From Macrostomum hystrix (lineage: Eukaryota; Animalia; Platyhelminthes), in assembly GCA_950097015.1 (NCBI GenBank), contig CATNEN010000034.1:434001-498000 (forward strand): DNA of 64,000 bases. The letters run 5' to 3'. Below are positions 11,508 to 22,443 of this stretch, piece after piece (within the stretch, counting starts at the first letter, position 1; each line of letters opens with the position of its first letter). The translations under genes were made by a program, and so were the position numbers. The notes under the pieces were generated by a model. That model had not been told where the DNA came from. It was given only the letters and a program-made list of their open reading frames with translations, and did no database searches.

Positions 11508-13520
11508 TGTCTACCTGTCCTCATTTTCCTGTCTGTATTTGTCTACCTGTCCTCATTCTATCTACCTGTCCTCATTCTGTCTACCTGTCCTCATTCTGTC
11601 TACCTGTCCTCATTCTGTCTACCTGTCCTCATTCTGTCTACCTGTCCTCATTCTGTCTACCTGTCCTCATTCTATCTACCTGTCCTCATTCTGTCTACCT
11701 GTCCTCATTCTGTTTACCTGTCCTCATTCTGTCTACCTGTCCTCATTCTGTCTACCTGTCCTCATTCTGTCTACCTGTCCTCATTCTATCTACCTGTCCT
11801 CATTCTGTCTACCTGTCCTCATTCTGTCTACCTGTCCTCATTCTGTCTACCTGTCCTCATTCTGTCTACCTGTCCTCATTCTGTCTACCTGTCCTCATTC
11901 TGTCTACCTGTCCTCATTCTGTCTACCTGTCCTCATTCTGTCTACCTGTCCTCATTCTGTCTACCTGTCCTCATTCTGTCTACCTGTCCTCATTCTGTCT
12001 ACCTGTCCTCATTCTGTCTACCTGTCCTCATTCTGTCTACCTGTCCTCATTCTATCTACCTGTCCTCATTCTTCTACCTGTCCTCATTCTGTCTACCTGT
12101 CCTCATTCTGTCTACCTGTCCTCATTCTGTCTACCTGTCCTCATTCTGTCTACCTGTCCTCATTCTGTCTACCTGTCCTCATTCTGTCTACCTGTCCTCA
12201 TTCTATCTACCTGTCCTCATTCTGTCTACCTGTCCTCATTCTGTTTACCTGTCCTCATTCTGTCTACCTGTCCTCATTCTGTCTACCTGTCCTCATTCTG
12301 TCTACCTGTCCTCATTCTATCTACCTGTCCTCATTCTATCTACCTGTCCTCATTCTGTCTACCTGTCCTCATTCTGTCTACCTGTCCTCATTCTGTCTAC
12401 CTGTCCTCATTCTGTCTACCTGTCCTCATTCTATCTACCTGTCCTCATTCTGTCTACCTGTCCTCATTCTGTCTACCTGTCCTCATTCTGTCTACCTGTC
12501 CTCATTCTGTCTACCTGTCCTCATTCTGTCTACCTGTCCTCATTCTGTCTACCTGTCCTCATTCTGTCTACCTGTCCTCATTCTATCTACCTGTCCTCAT
12601 TCTGTCTACCTGTCCTCATTCTGTCTACCTGTCCTCATTCTGTCTACCTGTCCTCATTCTGTCTACCTGTCCTCATTCTGTCTACCTGTCCTCATTCTGT
12701 CTACCTGTCCTCATTCTGTCTACCTGTCCTCATTCTATCTACCTGTCCTCATTCTGTCTACCTGTCCTCATTCTGTTTACCTGTCCTCATTCTGTCTACC
12801 TGTCCTCATTCTGTCTACCTGTCCTCATTCTGTCTACCTGTCCTCATTCTGTCTACCTGTCCTCATTCTATCTACCTGTCCTCATTCTGTCTACCTGTCC
12901 TCATTCTGTCTACCTGTCCTCATTCTGTCTACCTGTCCTCATTCTGTCTACCTGTCCTCATTCTGTCTACCTGTCCTCATTCTGTCTACCTGTCCTCATT
13001 CTGTCTACCTGTCCTCATTCTGTCTACCTGTCCTCATTCAGTCTACCTGTCCTCATTCTGTCTACCTGTCCTCATTCTGTCTACCTGTCCTCATTCTGTC
13101 TACCTGTCCTCATTCTGTCTACCTGTCCTCATTCTGTCTACCTGTCCTCATTCTGTCTACCTGTCCTCATTCTGTCTACCTGTCCTCATTCTGTCTACCT
13201 GTCCTCATTCTGTCTACCTGTCCTCATTCTGTCTACCTGTCCTCATTCTTCTACCTGTCCTCATTCTGTCTACCTGTCCTCATTCTGTCTACCTGTCCTC
13301 ATTCTGTCTACCTGTCCTCATTCTGTCTACCTGTCCTCATTCTGTCTACCTGTCCTCATTCTGTCTACCTACCTGTCCTCATTTGCCAGTGTCTTTGTGT
13401 CTACCTGTCCTCATTTGCCAGTGTCTTTGTGTCTACCTGTCCTCATTTGCCAGTGTCTTTGTGTCTACCTGTCCTCATTTGCCAGTGTCTTTGTGTCTAC
13501 CTGTCCTCATTTGTCAGTGT
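11508..13520. repeat. 19-bp minisatellite CTACCTGTCCTCATTCTGT filling MATE intron 4, with a 32-bp variant at the right end
   Basis: About 100 near-identical copies; explains the 856-aa and 828-aa ORFs. Confidence 0.97.
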
Positions 13521-13718
13521 CTTTCTGTCTGTCTGTCTCATTGCCCTGTTTATATTTGTCCACCTGTCCTCATTAGCCCGTGCTTTCTCTGTCAACCTGT
13601 CCCATTGGGCCTGTCTGTGTCTTATCTTAATCTGCCTTTGTGTCATGACCGACTCACTTTACTTTGGCCGATCACGTGACACTCTACCCCTCCCACCAAC
13701 GGCCACCATCCTGGCCAG

Positions 13719-13827
13719 GTGCCGCTGGGCTTGTCCATCGCTGTGAACATTCGCGTCGGCCAGGAGTTAGGCGCCGGGCAAGCCGACCGGGCAAAGCTGG
13801 CCTACAAGGCCGGCCTGGTCATGGTCG
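13719..13827 (+). CDS. SLC47A: MATE transporter exon 5 (VPLGLSIAVNIRVGQELGAGQADRAKLAYKAGLVMV)
   Basis: ctggccag acceptor and G|gtaaga donor; contains the P.G.S.A...RVG..LGAG motif. Confidence 0.93.
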
Positions 13828-14098
13828 GTAAGAATATTGGTTTTAGCTGATTGGCTAATGGCCAAAGCTGATAGCTGATTGGCTGGACTGAAATTAATGC
13901 CTTTGATTGGCTACACTGTGGACAAATAGAGCAAAGGCTAGCAAGTGTACATTATGTACATTCTACCCTGTATTCAATTTACGTCTCTACAGACTACAGA
14001 TGTGCAACTTGTGTAACCTAAAAATTGCCAAAATCAATTAATATTTTCAATTCTAAGCTCAAATCGCAGCCGTCTCTCCCTTTCCTTTCAATCCGAAG

Positions 14099-14244
14099 TG
14101 CTGACCGCCAGTCTCTCCGCGGCTGTAATTTTGCTCCTGCGATCTCACCTGCCGATCTTGTTTACAACGAGTCAGGATGTGCGAGATCACGTGACAAGGG
14201 TGCTGCCGCTGATGGCCGCCTTCCAGCTGTCCGATGGACTGTCT
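14099..14244 (+). CDS. SLC47A: MATE transporter exon 6 (VLTASLSAAVILLLRSHLPILFTTSQDVRDHVTRVLPLMAAFQLSDGLS)
   Basis: Phase-1 acceptor after a pyrimidine tract and TCT|gtaagt donor; frame-consistent with exons 5 and 7. Confidence 0.88.
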
Positions 14245-14254
14245 GTAAGTGCAG

Positions 14255-14505
14255 AGTGTCTTTGTCGAGTGTCTTGTTTGTCGAGTGTCTGGTTTGTCGA
14301 GTGTCTGGTTTGTCGAGTGTCTGGCTTGTCGAGTGTCTGGTTTGTTTAGTGTCTGGTTTGTCGAGTGTCTGGTTTATGAAGTGTCCGGTTTGTCGAGTGT
14401 CTGGTTTATGAAGTGTCTGGTTTGTCGAGTGTCTGGTTTATAAAGTGTCTGGTTTGTCGAGTGTCCGGTTTGTCGAGTGTCTGGTTTGTCGAGTGTCTGG
14501 TTTGT
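14255..14505. repeat. 16-bp minisatellite TTGTCGAGTGTCTGGT filling MATE intron 6
   Basis: About 15-16 copies, occupying nearly all of the 288-nt intron. Confidence 0.92.
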
Positions 14506-14532
14506 GTCACCTGCCTGCCACTCCCACTGCAG

Positions 14533-14964
14533 GCGGTGTCGGGCGGCGCTCTGCGCGGCTGCGGCCGCCAAGCAGCCGGCGCCCTCGTCAACTTTATCGG
14601 CTTCTACGCCCTGGCGCTGCCAATCGGCGTGCCGCTGGCCCTCCCAGGTGGTTGGGGCATCCCCGGCCTGTGGCTGGGTCTCCTGCTGGGCCTGACAGCC
14701 GAGGCTGTTCTGCTCCTGGCCTTCACGCTCTGCCTGCTGGACTGGCGCGCCGAGGTGGCGCGGGCCCGGGATCGAGCCCTCGGCGAGTCAGAGCGCCTGC
14801 CACTGCTTCTCCAGTCCAGCGACGCCTCTGGCGGCGGCCGCGTCAACAGCGAAGATGTCTGGCTGAAGCGGCGCTGGCGCCGGACTTTGACGGGCAAGCT
14901 GTGTGTGCTGGCTGCCCTGTGCCTGCTGCTGGCCGCGGCCCTGAGCGCCCGCTTCCTGCTGTGA
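14533..14964 (+). CDS. SLC47A: MATE transporter exon 7 (terminal), including a 13th C-terminal TM helix
   Basis: cactgcag acceptor; GGALRGCGRQAAGALVNFIGFYALALPIG...GLWLG motif; ends KLCVLAALCLLLAAALSARFLL*. The joined CDS is 1578 nt = 525 aa + stop. Confidence 0.93.
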   Translation, partial: AVSGGALRGCGRQAAGALVNFIGFYALALPIGVPLALPGGWGIPGLWLGLLLGLTAEAVLLLAFTLCLLDWRAEVARARDRALGESERLPLLLQSSDASGGGRVNSEDVWLKRRWRRTLTGKLCVLAALCLLLAAALSARFLL

Positions 14965-15052
14965 GCCAGTATTCTCTTTCGGCTGATTGGTCAGCAGAAA
15001 GATTGCACAAAAAACTACTTCTTTGTTTGCTTGAAATCGCTTTGATCCAGCT

Positions 15053-15173
15053 TTGTGACCCATCACTGACGCGAATTCTATGGCCTGAATTGTGTGACCC
15101 ATCACTGATGCGAATTCTATGGCCTGAATTGTGTGACCCATCACTGATGCGAATTCTATGGCCTGAATTGTGT
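15053..15173. repeat. 39-bp triplicate TGTGACCCATCACTGATGCGAATTCTATGGCCTGAATTG just downstream of the MATE stop
   Basis: Three tandem copies. Confidence 0.88.
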
Positions 15174-15646
15174 GGAAAACCCTGGTCTTATTCGCCATAT
15201 AATAACAAATTGTATGGCAAATGTGTTACCTGCATCACATAAGTGGCGTGTGCGACTTTTAAAAATCAAATTTGCTGTCGAAATATGAGCTTGAATAAGT
15301 TATGATTAATGGGTATTGAATTATTGTAACCTTTCTGTAACCCTGACGCCCAGTTGCCTGGTGTTAAAGTTTTTTTCAGCCTCACACCAGGAAGGCTAGA
15401 GGTAGTCAGACCAAAATTGAGGTCAAAATGCACTGGCACCGTCACTTGTGCTCTGAGCTCCGCTAAAAACTTCTCACACGTGTGAGTCAATAAACAAAGT
15501 GAACTCAAGCAGAGAGTGTGCTAATTATAACACCTGCCCCTAATTCTCAGGAAATCCTTCGTTCTGTTTTTTTACTTTTTATGTTTTTTGTCACACTAGT
15601 TAAAAATAATTAAGCTGAACCTGTGTAATTAGATTATTCTAGGAAA

Positions 15647-16319
15647 ATTCAGCTGATCGATGAATGACCAATGGGATAATTCAGCTGAGCCATTGAATGA
15701 CCAATGGGATAATTCAGCTGAGCCATTGAATGACCAATGGGATAATTCAGCTGAGCCATAGAATGACCAATGGGATAATTCAGCTGATCCATTGAATCAC
15801 TAATGGGATAATTCAGCTGATCCATGAATGACCAATGGGATAATTCAGCTGATCCGTTCAATGACCAATGGGTTAATTCAGCTGATCCATGAATGACCAA
15901 TGGGTTAATTCAGCTGATCCATGAATGACCAATGGGATAATTCAGCTGATCCATGAATGACCAATAGGATAATTCAGCTGATTCATTGAATGACCAATGG
16001 GATAATTCAGCTGAGCCATTGAATGACCAATGGGATAATTCAGCTGAGCCATTGAATGACCAATGGGATAATTCAGCTGATCCATTGAATGACCAATGGG
16101 ATAATTCAGCTGAGCCGTTGGACGACCGATGGGATAATTCTGCTGAGCCGTTGGATGACCAATGGGATAATTCTGCTGAGCCGTTGGATGACCAATGGGA
16201 TAATTCTGCTGAGCCGTTGGATGACCAATGGGATAATTCTGCTGAGCCGTTGGATGACCAATGGGATAATTCTGCTGAGCCGTTGGATGACCAATGGGAT
16301 AATTCTGCTGAGCCGTTGG
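15647..16319. repeat. 33-bp minisatellite AATGACCAATGGGATAATTCAGCTGAGCCATTG
   Basis: About 20 copies; the last roughly 7 units carry a distinct homogenised variant. Confidence 0.95.
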
Positions 16320-17457
16320 AAGGTCGTACCTAAGTGTGTAGCGATCATTTTATAAATTTATTTATGCATACCTAAGCGAGTATTTATCTCGATAATCTCT
16401 TTTCAAGTCTAGTTTTTGATTTGCACTTAAAATAGGTGCCTGGAAATTACAATTACATAATCTTTTGTGAAGCTAGGCCTAGCAGATAGACAGGTGTAAG
16501 CTCGGCATTGCATGTAATAGCAGTAAGTTCGAAGTTCAAAAGCTGAAATGCTTATTTTGGTTAAATCAGAATGGAAAGTTAACGGTGTAGATATATAGAT
16601 TAACGGACTAGATATATCTAGATATCCCAACCAGATACCAAAGAATATAGAAAGCCAGTTGATTAATCTAGAATTCTATGGCCAAACCGGCATTAGCTGT
16701 TCGATCCCAAATTTTAATTAGTTTTGTAGATAAAATTAACAGTGAAATTATCGTATTTTAAATTAGAGTGTAACATTAAATGGGTCGATGGGTTCGATTG
16801 TAAATCTAAGTACGTACAAACCTTGCGATCAAATCAAATCAGAGTGTAAAAAACTTCTCTGTCTGGCATGTGGGCGCGCTTCATGACTTCCAATTTTGTA
16901 GGATCTCGCTTGTGCTCGTTTGTGTAAAATAGGCGATAACAAAACATCTGCGAGTCAAAGAATTGTGCATATGTGCGCTCACTTCGTTGCGGATTCATTA
17001 CGTAATGCATACACTAGTCCACCCACCCTTCCCTTCCATTGAGTGGCCCGTGCCGCACAGAGAAGCCAATAGTGAAGCTTTTCAAATGGCTGATTGGGTG
17101 TAGAAAATAGAAAATTTGGATTGAGCTTAGCTGGGGCACGATGGCCAGTTCAAGCCCCAACCCCCCTGGGCCCAGACCCTCAGTGGCGTTCACACCAGAC
17201 CCCAAAGTTCTAAAGCCTCTGGAGGGCACACTCGCGCACAGTAAGGAAAGAGAGAAGGGAGTTGTCGGCCTGGGTGGATCTCTATATAAGCGTTCAACTG
17301 GGGCCCAGGCCATAGCGGCCACAAGAGGGTCGGACTGGCTTACAAAAATTACAAGACTAGCGTCCCTGATAGTCCTTCGACAATAGTTATATAGGCTTGC
17401 GGTTCTTGTTTTAAGAGTGCAGGATCCTGTGCTTTATGTTTTCATAAGACCCAGGCG

Positions 17458-19332
17458 ATGCTGGCAGATAGTATTTTCTCAGAGATGTTCGCCTCAATGA
17501 GTGTTGTCGGAATGCGACGAGGACGTGCTAGCGGCGGCAGCGCTGTTAGCACCGGCGGCAACGGAAGCGGCGTCGGTGCCTGCGGTGGCAATGCCGGCGC
17601 TGGCGGCAACAACATCGGAAACGGCGCCATCGGCGGCAGCAGCGGCGCTGGACGCATTGGCAGCGGAGCTGGTGCAGGCGGTAGCAGCGTCGGTGGCATT
17701 AACGGGGTCAGCAGCGGGGGTTCTGCGTCTCGCGATCCAGCGGCAGCTGCGGCAGCAACCCTGCGCCTCTGGTCGGCGGCCGTTAGCAACGACTCCGGTC
17801 TAGGCGAAGAATCGGACTTTGCCATCGCTGTGCCGGCCGCAGCCTCGCCGCTGTGTCCGAGCGGAGCCAACTCGGTCGTCGCAGCTGTGTCGTCGCCTCA
17901 AGCCACCGGTTGTACTAACGGCGGCAGCGGCCTGGGCATCGGCGTGTGCGGAGTTGACACTAGTGTCGGCTGTGTTCAGAACTCGGCTGCTGCAGTAGTA
18001 GCTGTCTGTGGTGGCGGTGCTCGCGTTACCGCCGTGCGCTTGGGCCTACTGGGCCCGTCAGCCGCCCAGGCCTGCCCTGACCGGCTGGGAGTCTCCGCTA
18101 TGCTAGCCGAACTCATTAGCAACTGCGCCAGCCAGCCACTCTGCCCGTGGTCTCCGCCGACGTTCTTCGAGTCCGTCTGTCACCTCCGCATGCGCTGCCC
18201 GCCTCAGGCCCCGCCAGCCCAGACACTCGAGCAACAGCAGCAGCAACAATTGAAGGCATCAACCGCCAGCAATCGCGCCGCGCCGCCCGCAGCGGAAGCT
18301 CCGCCGGCCTTTGCTACAACCAGCGGCCAGGTTGTCTACAAACCGGCGCACAGCCTCGGCCGAGGCAACTTCGGCCAGGTGTACTTCTGCTGGGTGCAGC
18401 ATCGGCGCCCTCAGCCGGACGCCAGTCAGGGCCTGCCGCCACGGGCTCTAAAGTGCACGCACCGGTTGTCAACGCATCGCAAAGAGACCCAGGTGCACCG
18501 CAGACTGCAGGCTGGCCACACCGAGGACACCTACCGGAGCGCCTTCGTGCTCTGGCTTGCCGACAGTGTGCAATTGTCCCACGCCGGCACTGAGCTGGGC
18601 TGTCTGCTGCTAGAACTCGCGCCCGGTGGCTCCCTGCAGGACCTCGTCGGCTGCCTAGCCAAGACCGGCCGCATGCTGGTCGAGCGCGAGGCCGCCTTCT
18701 ACCTGGCCGAACTCGGCTGCGCCATCGACTTCCTGCACTCACGCGGCTTCCTCCACCTGGACGTCAAGGCCGACAATGTGCTCATCGCCGCCAGCGGTCA
18801 CGTCCGCCTCTGCGACCTCGGCCACGCGCTGGCCCTGCGAGACGGCCGCGCCGAGAGCTACCTGTCCGCTGGCCTCGGCACCTTCCACCTGCCCGTTGAG
18901 ATTCTCCGCGGAGGTGGCAGCAGCGGTGGCGACCGCGTCAGCATTGTGACCCGCGCCACAGACTGGTTTAGCTACGGCTGCCTGGCCTTCTGGCTGTTGC
19001 ACAACTACTTCCCCATCGTGCCGCCCAGCTACTCCCGCACCGTGGCCGAGTACGCCGACTTCATGGCCGGGCCTGGCTACCGCCGACTGCCGCGCCTGTT
19101 TGTCCGGCCAGCCAGCCCACTGTACCGCAACCTGGTGGTCCAGCTGCTGCACCCAGACCCAGACAGGCGGCCAGCCACCTTCGCCCAGGTGCTGCTGCAG
19201 TGCTGGCCCATGTTTGCCGAGTGCGGCCTGTTGCATAGCGGTGCCGCCATCCGGCCCGATGATGTCCGGACTGTGATCGAGTCCAACCGGCTGGTTCCGC
19301 CGTTCATCCCACTGCCGCTGTGCAGCTACTGA
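17458..19332 (+). CDS. Intronless atypical AGC-like Ser/Thr protein kinase with a Gly/Ala/Ser-rich N-terminus
   Basis: GRGNFGQVY loop, ALK (beta3 Lys), KETQV (alphaC Glu), FYLAELGCAIDFLHSRGFLHLDVKADNVLI, DLG, GTFHLPVE, TDWFSYG, DPDRRP, and AGC-tail start VPPFIP. The start codon could be a downstream ATG. Confidence 0.9.
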   Translation: MLADSIFSEMFASMSVVGMRRGRASGGSAVSTGGNGSGVGACGGNAGAGGNNIGNGAIGGSSGAGRIGSGAGAGGSSVGGINGVSSGGSASRDPAAAAAATLRLWSAAVSNDSGLGEESDFAIAVPAAASPLCPSGANSVVAAVSSPQATGCTNGGSGLGIGVCGVDTSVGCVQNSAAAVVAVCGGGARVTAVRLGLLGPSAAQACPDRLGVSAMLAELISNCASQPLCPWSPPTFFESVCHLRMRCPPQAPPAQTLEQQQQQQLKASTASNRAAPPAAEAPPAFATTSGQVVYKPAHSLGRGNFGQVYFCWVQHRRPQPDASQGLPPRALKCTHRLSTHRKETQVHRRLQAGHTEDTYRSAFVLWLADSVQLSHAGTELGCLLLELAPGGSLQDLVGCLAKTGRMLVEREAAFYLAELGCAIDFLHSRGFLHLDVKADNVLIAASGHVRLCDLGHALALRDGRAESYLSAGLGTFHLPVEILRGGGSSGGDRVSIVTRATDWFSYGCLAFWLLHNYFPIVPPSYSRTVAEYADFMAGPGYRRLPRLFVRPASPLYRNLVVQLLHPDPDRRPATFAQVLLQCWPMFAECGLLHSGAAIRPDDVRTVIESNRLVPPFIPLPLCSY

Positions 19333-20191
19333 CCAGGTATCCGCAATGTCCTGACAATTCTCCGCGCTGTTGAAATCTCTTTCTGGTTGCATGTACTGTC
19401 GCTTAGCAATCCCCCGGTTACCCTCTTCTGTGCACTTATATCGCCACCATTTTTGTTATATTTGTTTCCAGTTACTGTTTCTCACTTATTCTGCAGTTTA
19501 AATGTTTGTTTATAGAAAGTCTGTGTTTGAGCCCTCGCCCCTTCCCTCGAATGTCTCTATCCTGCTTTCAGTTGCATAAATTATTTGATGCTCAAGTCCC
19601 TCACTGTGCATTTCTTTCCGCAGGCCAAAGTCAACAGTCGCATAGCCTTTGCCATTTGAGTTGTCCCAGTGTTTCTTTACCCAATTACTTCTTCCAGTCG
19701 CAATGTTTTTCACATCCAGAAAATCATTTTGCACCTTTCACTGTCGCCCGCCGTTCATTTGTTAATAAGCGAAACATTTCTAATTGAATTTCAGATGTGC
19801 TTTTTTCTGATTTCTAGTTTGCGCAACAAGCAGCAGATTTGTTATATTCTATCATATTTTTCTTAATGTTCTGGTAAAAATAAACTGGCCAACTGGCAGC
19901 CGCCGCTCACCTGTAAGCCGTCTGCCAGCTGCCTGCTTTATAAAAGAATATTATCCGAGCCCAGAGTGTTTCACAACCTTCTTTTACCAACAAGGGTCGA
20001 TTCCAAGCATGTGCGACCAAAGCGTTGAGCCCTGTTTTTTTTGAAATGTGAAATTTCTGTTCTGTCATACGCTGGTTCAGCTGAGGTTAAGTTTTTAACG
20101 TACAGCAACTGACATTCTGGTCTGCCTGTGTACACTTGAAATGCAAGTTTATCATTCAAATACGAGCGGAAAAAAAGTAATAAGGTGAGCT

Positions 20192-20836
20192 GGAATACTA
20201 GCTCAGAGTACTAGACCTACTGAATACTAGCTCAGAGTACTAGACCTAGGGAATACTAGCTCAGAGTACTAGACCTAGGGAATACTAGCTCAGAGTACTA
20301 GACCTAGGGAATACTAGCTCAGAGTACTAGACCTAGGGAATACTAGACCTAGGGAATACTAGCTCAGAGTACTAGACCTAGGGAATACTAGCTCAGAGTA
20401 CTAGACCTAGGGAATACTAGCTCAGAGTACTAGACCTAGGGAATACTAGCTCAGAGTACTAGACCTAGGGAATACTAGCTCAGAATACTAGACCTAGGGA
20501 ATACTAGCTCAGAGTACTAGACCTAGGGAATACTAGCTCAGAGTACTAGACCTAGGGAATACTAGCTCAGAGTACTAGACCTAGGGAATACTAGCTCAGA
20601 GTACTAGACCTAGGGAATACTAGCTCAGAGTACTAGACCTAGGGAATACTAGCTCAGAGTACTAGACCTAGGGAATACTAGCTCAGAGTACTAGACCTAG
20701 GGAATACTAGCTCAGAGTACTAGACCTAGGGAATACTAGCTCAGAGTACTAGACCTAGGGAATACTAGCTCAGAGTACTAGACCTAGGGAATACTAGCTC
20801 AGAGTACTAGACCTAGGGAATACTAGCTCAGAGTAC
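20192..20836. repeat. 29-bp minisatellite GAATACTAGCTCAGAGTACTAGACCTAGG
   Basis: About 22 near-perfect copies. Confidence 0.96.
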
Positions 20837-21462
20837 AGGACCAAGGAGGTCGGACTATAGGAATAATGCAACACCGATCCTTCACTGCTCAACTCCTTTT
20901 GACGGAGTGAACAGAGCAGGCTACTCAAGTGTGACTCATACTCCCCTCGCTAAATAGTGTCGGCAACGGGCCAGTGCAGCTATTGAGCATTGTTGAGCAA
21001 GTTAAGCAAGTTGTCGCATGTGTAGATTTCGAATTTCGGAAGCTTGATCTCAGACTGAGTAGCTGAGTGAAACAGGCTGCCCTCAGAGACACACCCTCTA
21101 AATCTGTCTTCTTCTTTTTCAGTCAAAATAAGCGCCCTCTGATTGCGTAATCCTGTCTGCTTGTTGTCGGGGCAGCGTGAGCTAGGTAGAGACCCCGCCT
21201 TGCCCTGTCTGTCCGTGCAGGTGTGTCTTTTAACTCCATTCCAGTAATTCCTTATCTTTGCGATAGCGATAGATCCTCAAGGAACAGCGGTAAGAATCCA
21301 AGCTAGCCCAGTTTGCACAGCCGAATCTCAGCGTTTCCAAAGGCTGCGTGCAGATGTTCTGTCCATGGACTGATGCTGGTGTTCTTTTAACAGCTGGGTG
21401 AACTGAGCTGAAGCAATGCAGCGTTAAGTGCCTTGCTATTTGTTTAGGAGTCAATGTTCCAT

Positions 21463-21545
21463 TGGAGTCGGGAATCGAACCCCGGACCTTTTGCAGTGCC
21501 TAGGAGGCTGGCATTCAAGGGCGTAAACCGTACGACAAGCCCCCC
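21463..21545 (-). pseudogene. tRNA-derived fragment (tRNA pseudogene or SINE head)
   Basis: The minus strand reads CCGGGGTTCGATTCCCGAC, a perfect pol III B box within a T-arm-like stem, similar to the tRNA-Asp T arm. The A box, D arm and anticodon arm are not convincing. Confidence 0.4.
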
Positions 21546-22443
21546 AAGCCTTCTCTCCGCCGCTGCGTCCCAAATAAATGTGGCCTCGCCGCGGAATCGA
21601 GCTCAGGGACCTCGGTGCGAGAGTTAAACGCATTGCCACTCGTTAAAAAGCCATATATATAATAGTATACTAATACGAGTAATAAGTTGGAAATGTTTTA
21701 TGATAATTTGTATTACACCAAATTCTGATTGCACAATAGAAGCTTTCGTGTATTTGATTGACAACAAATTCAAATATTTTCATCTCAAATAGTCACTAGG
21801 CATTTTAATTTATGTGTGTGTACAAGAATTAGAGAAACAAGTTTACAGCTGAGAAGCATCAAGCATCGGACTAAAAAGCGCGAAAAATTAATTAAGGGTT
21901 TATTATTGTTGAAAACTTTTATGATTGTTGGGGATTGCTAGTAAGTGGAACAATTACATAGGACTCAGCCTCTATAAAAGTACATGCGGATTTAAATGCA
22001 GGAAAACGGGGACAAACAGTACAGAAGCGACACAACCAGTTCTATCTGGATTTGACAATCAAGAAACCATAAAATATTATTCGTCGTTGACTACTTAAAG
22101 CGACGCATTAAGTAGTTTAGTAAGGATATATTGTGCGCATTCAAGCATCTGTTATATGTTTGATTAAGAACCGAAGCAAATATTAATTAGTAGGCGAGAC
22201 ATAAAAGACTGATTGTAGATAAACTAACAAATAATAGCAACACAATTTAAAACCAAATTGTGACAATTACTTTTGCAAGACCGCAACAATAATAGGCTAT
22301 TTTTAAGCATGCTTGTATCTCCATTCATTGAAATTCCCGACTAAATTTCTTGCTACATACTCAATATTTGATAATTTTTTTCCGGGCTTCTGTGAATCGG
22401 CCTATTGTTGAAGCGGAATTTCCGCTTCCGTGGATTTCGGCTC

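Noticed and set aside
11109-13746. 856-aa and 828-aa ORFs
   Set aside because: Read-through from MATE exon 4 into a stop-free 19-bp intronic array.
17141-17386. 81-aa ORF and TATATAAG (about 17283) upstream of the kinase
   Set aside because: No recognisable homology; the TATA cannot be tied to a start site without transcript data.
17442-19392. Antisense and alternate-frame ORFs over the kinase, cadherin exons and pol
   Set aside because: Expected shadows of GC-rich coding sequence.
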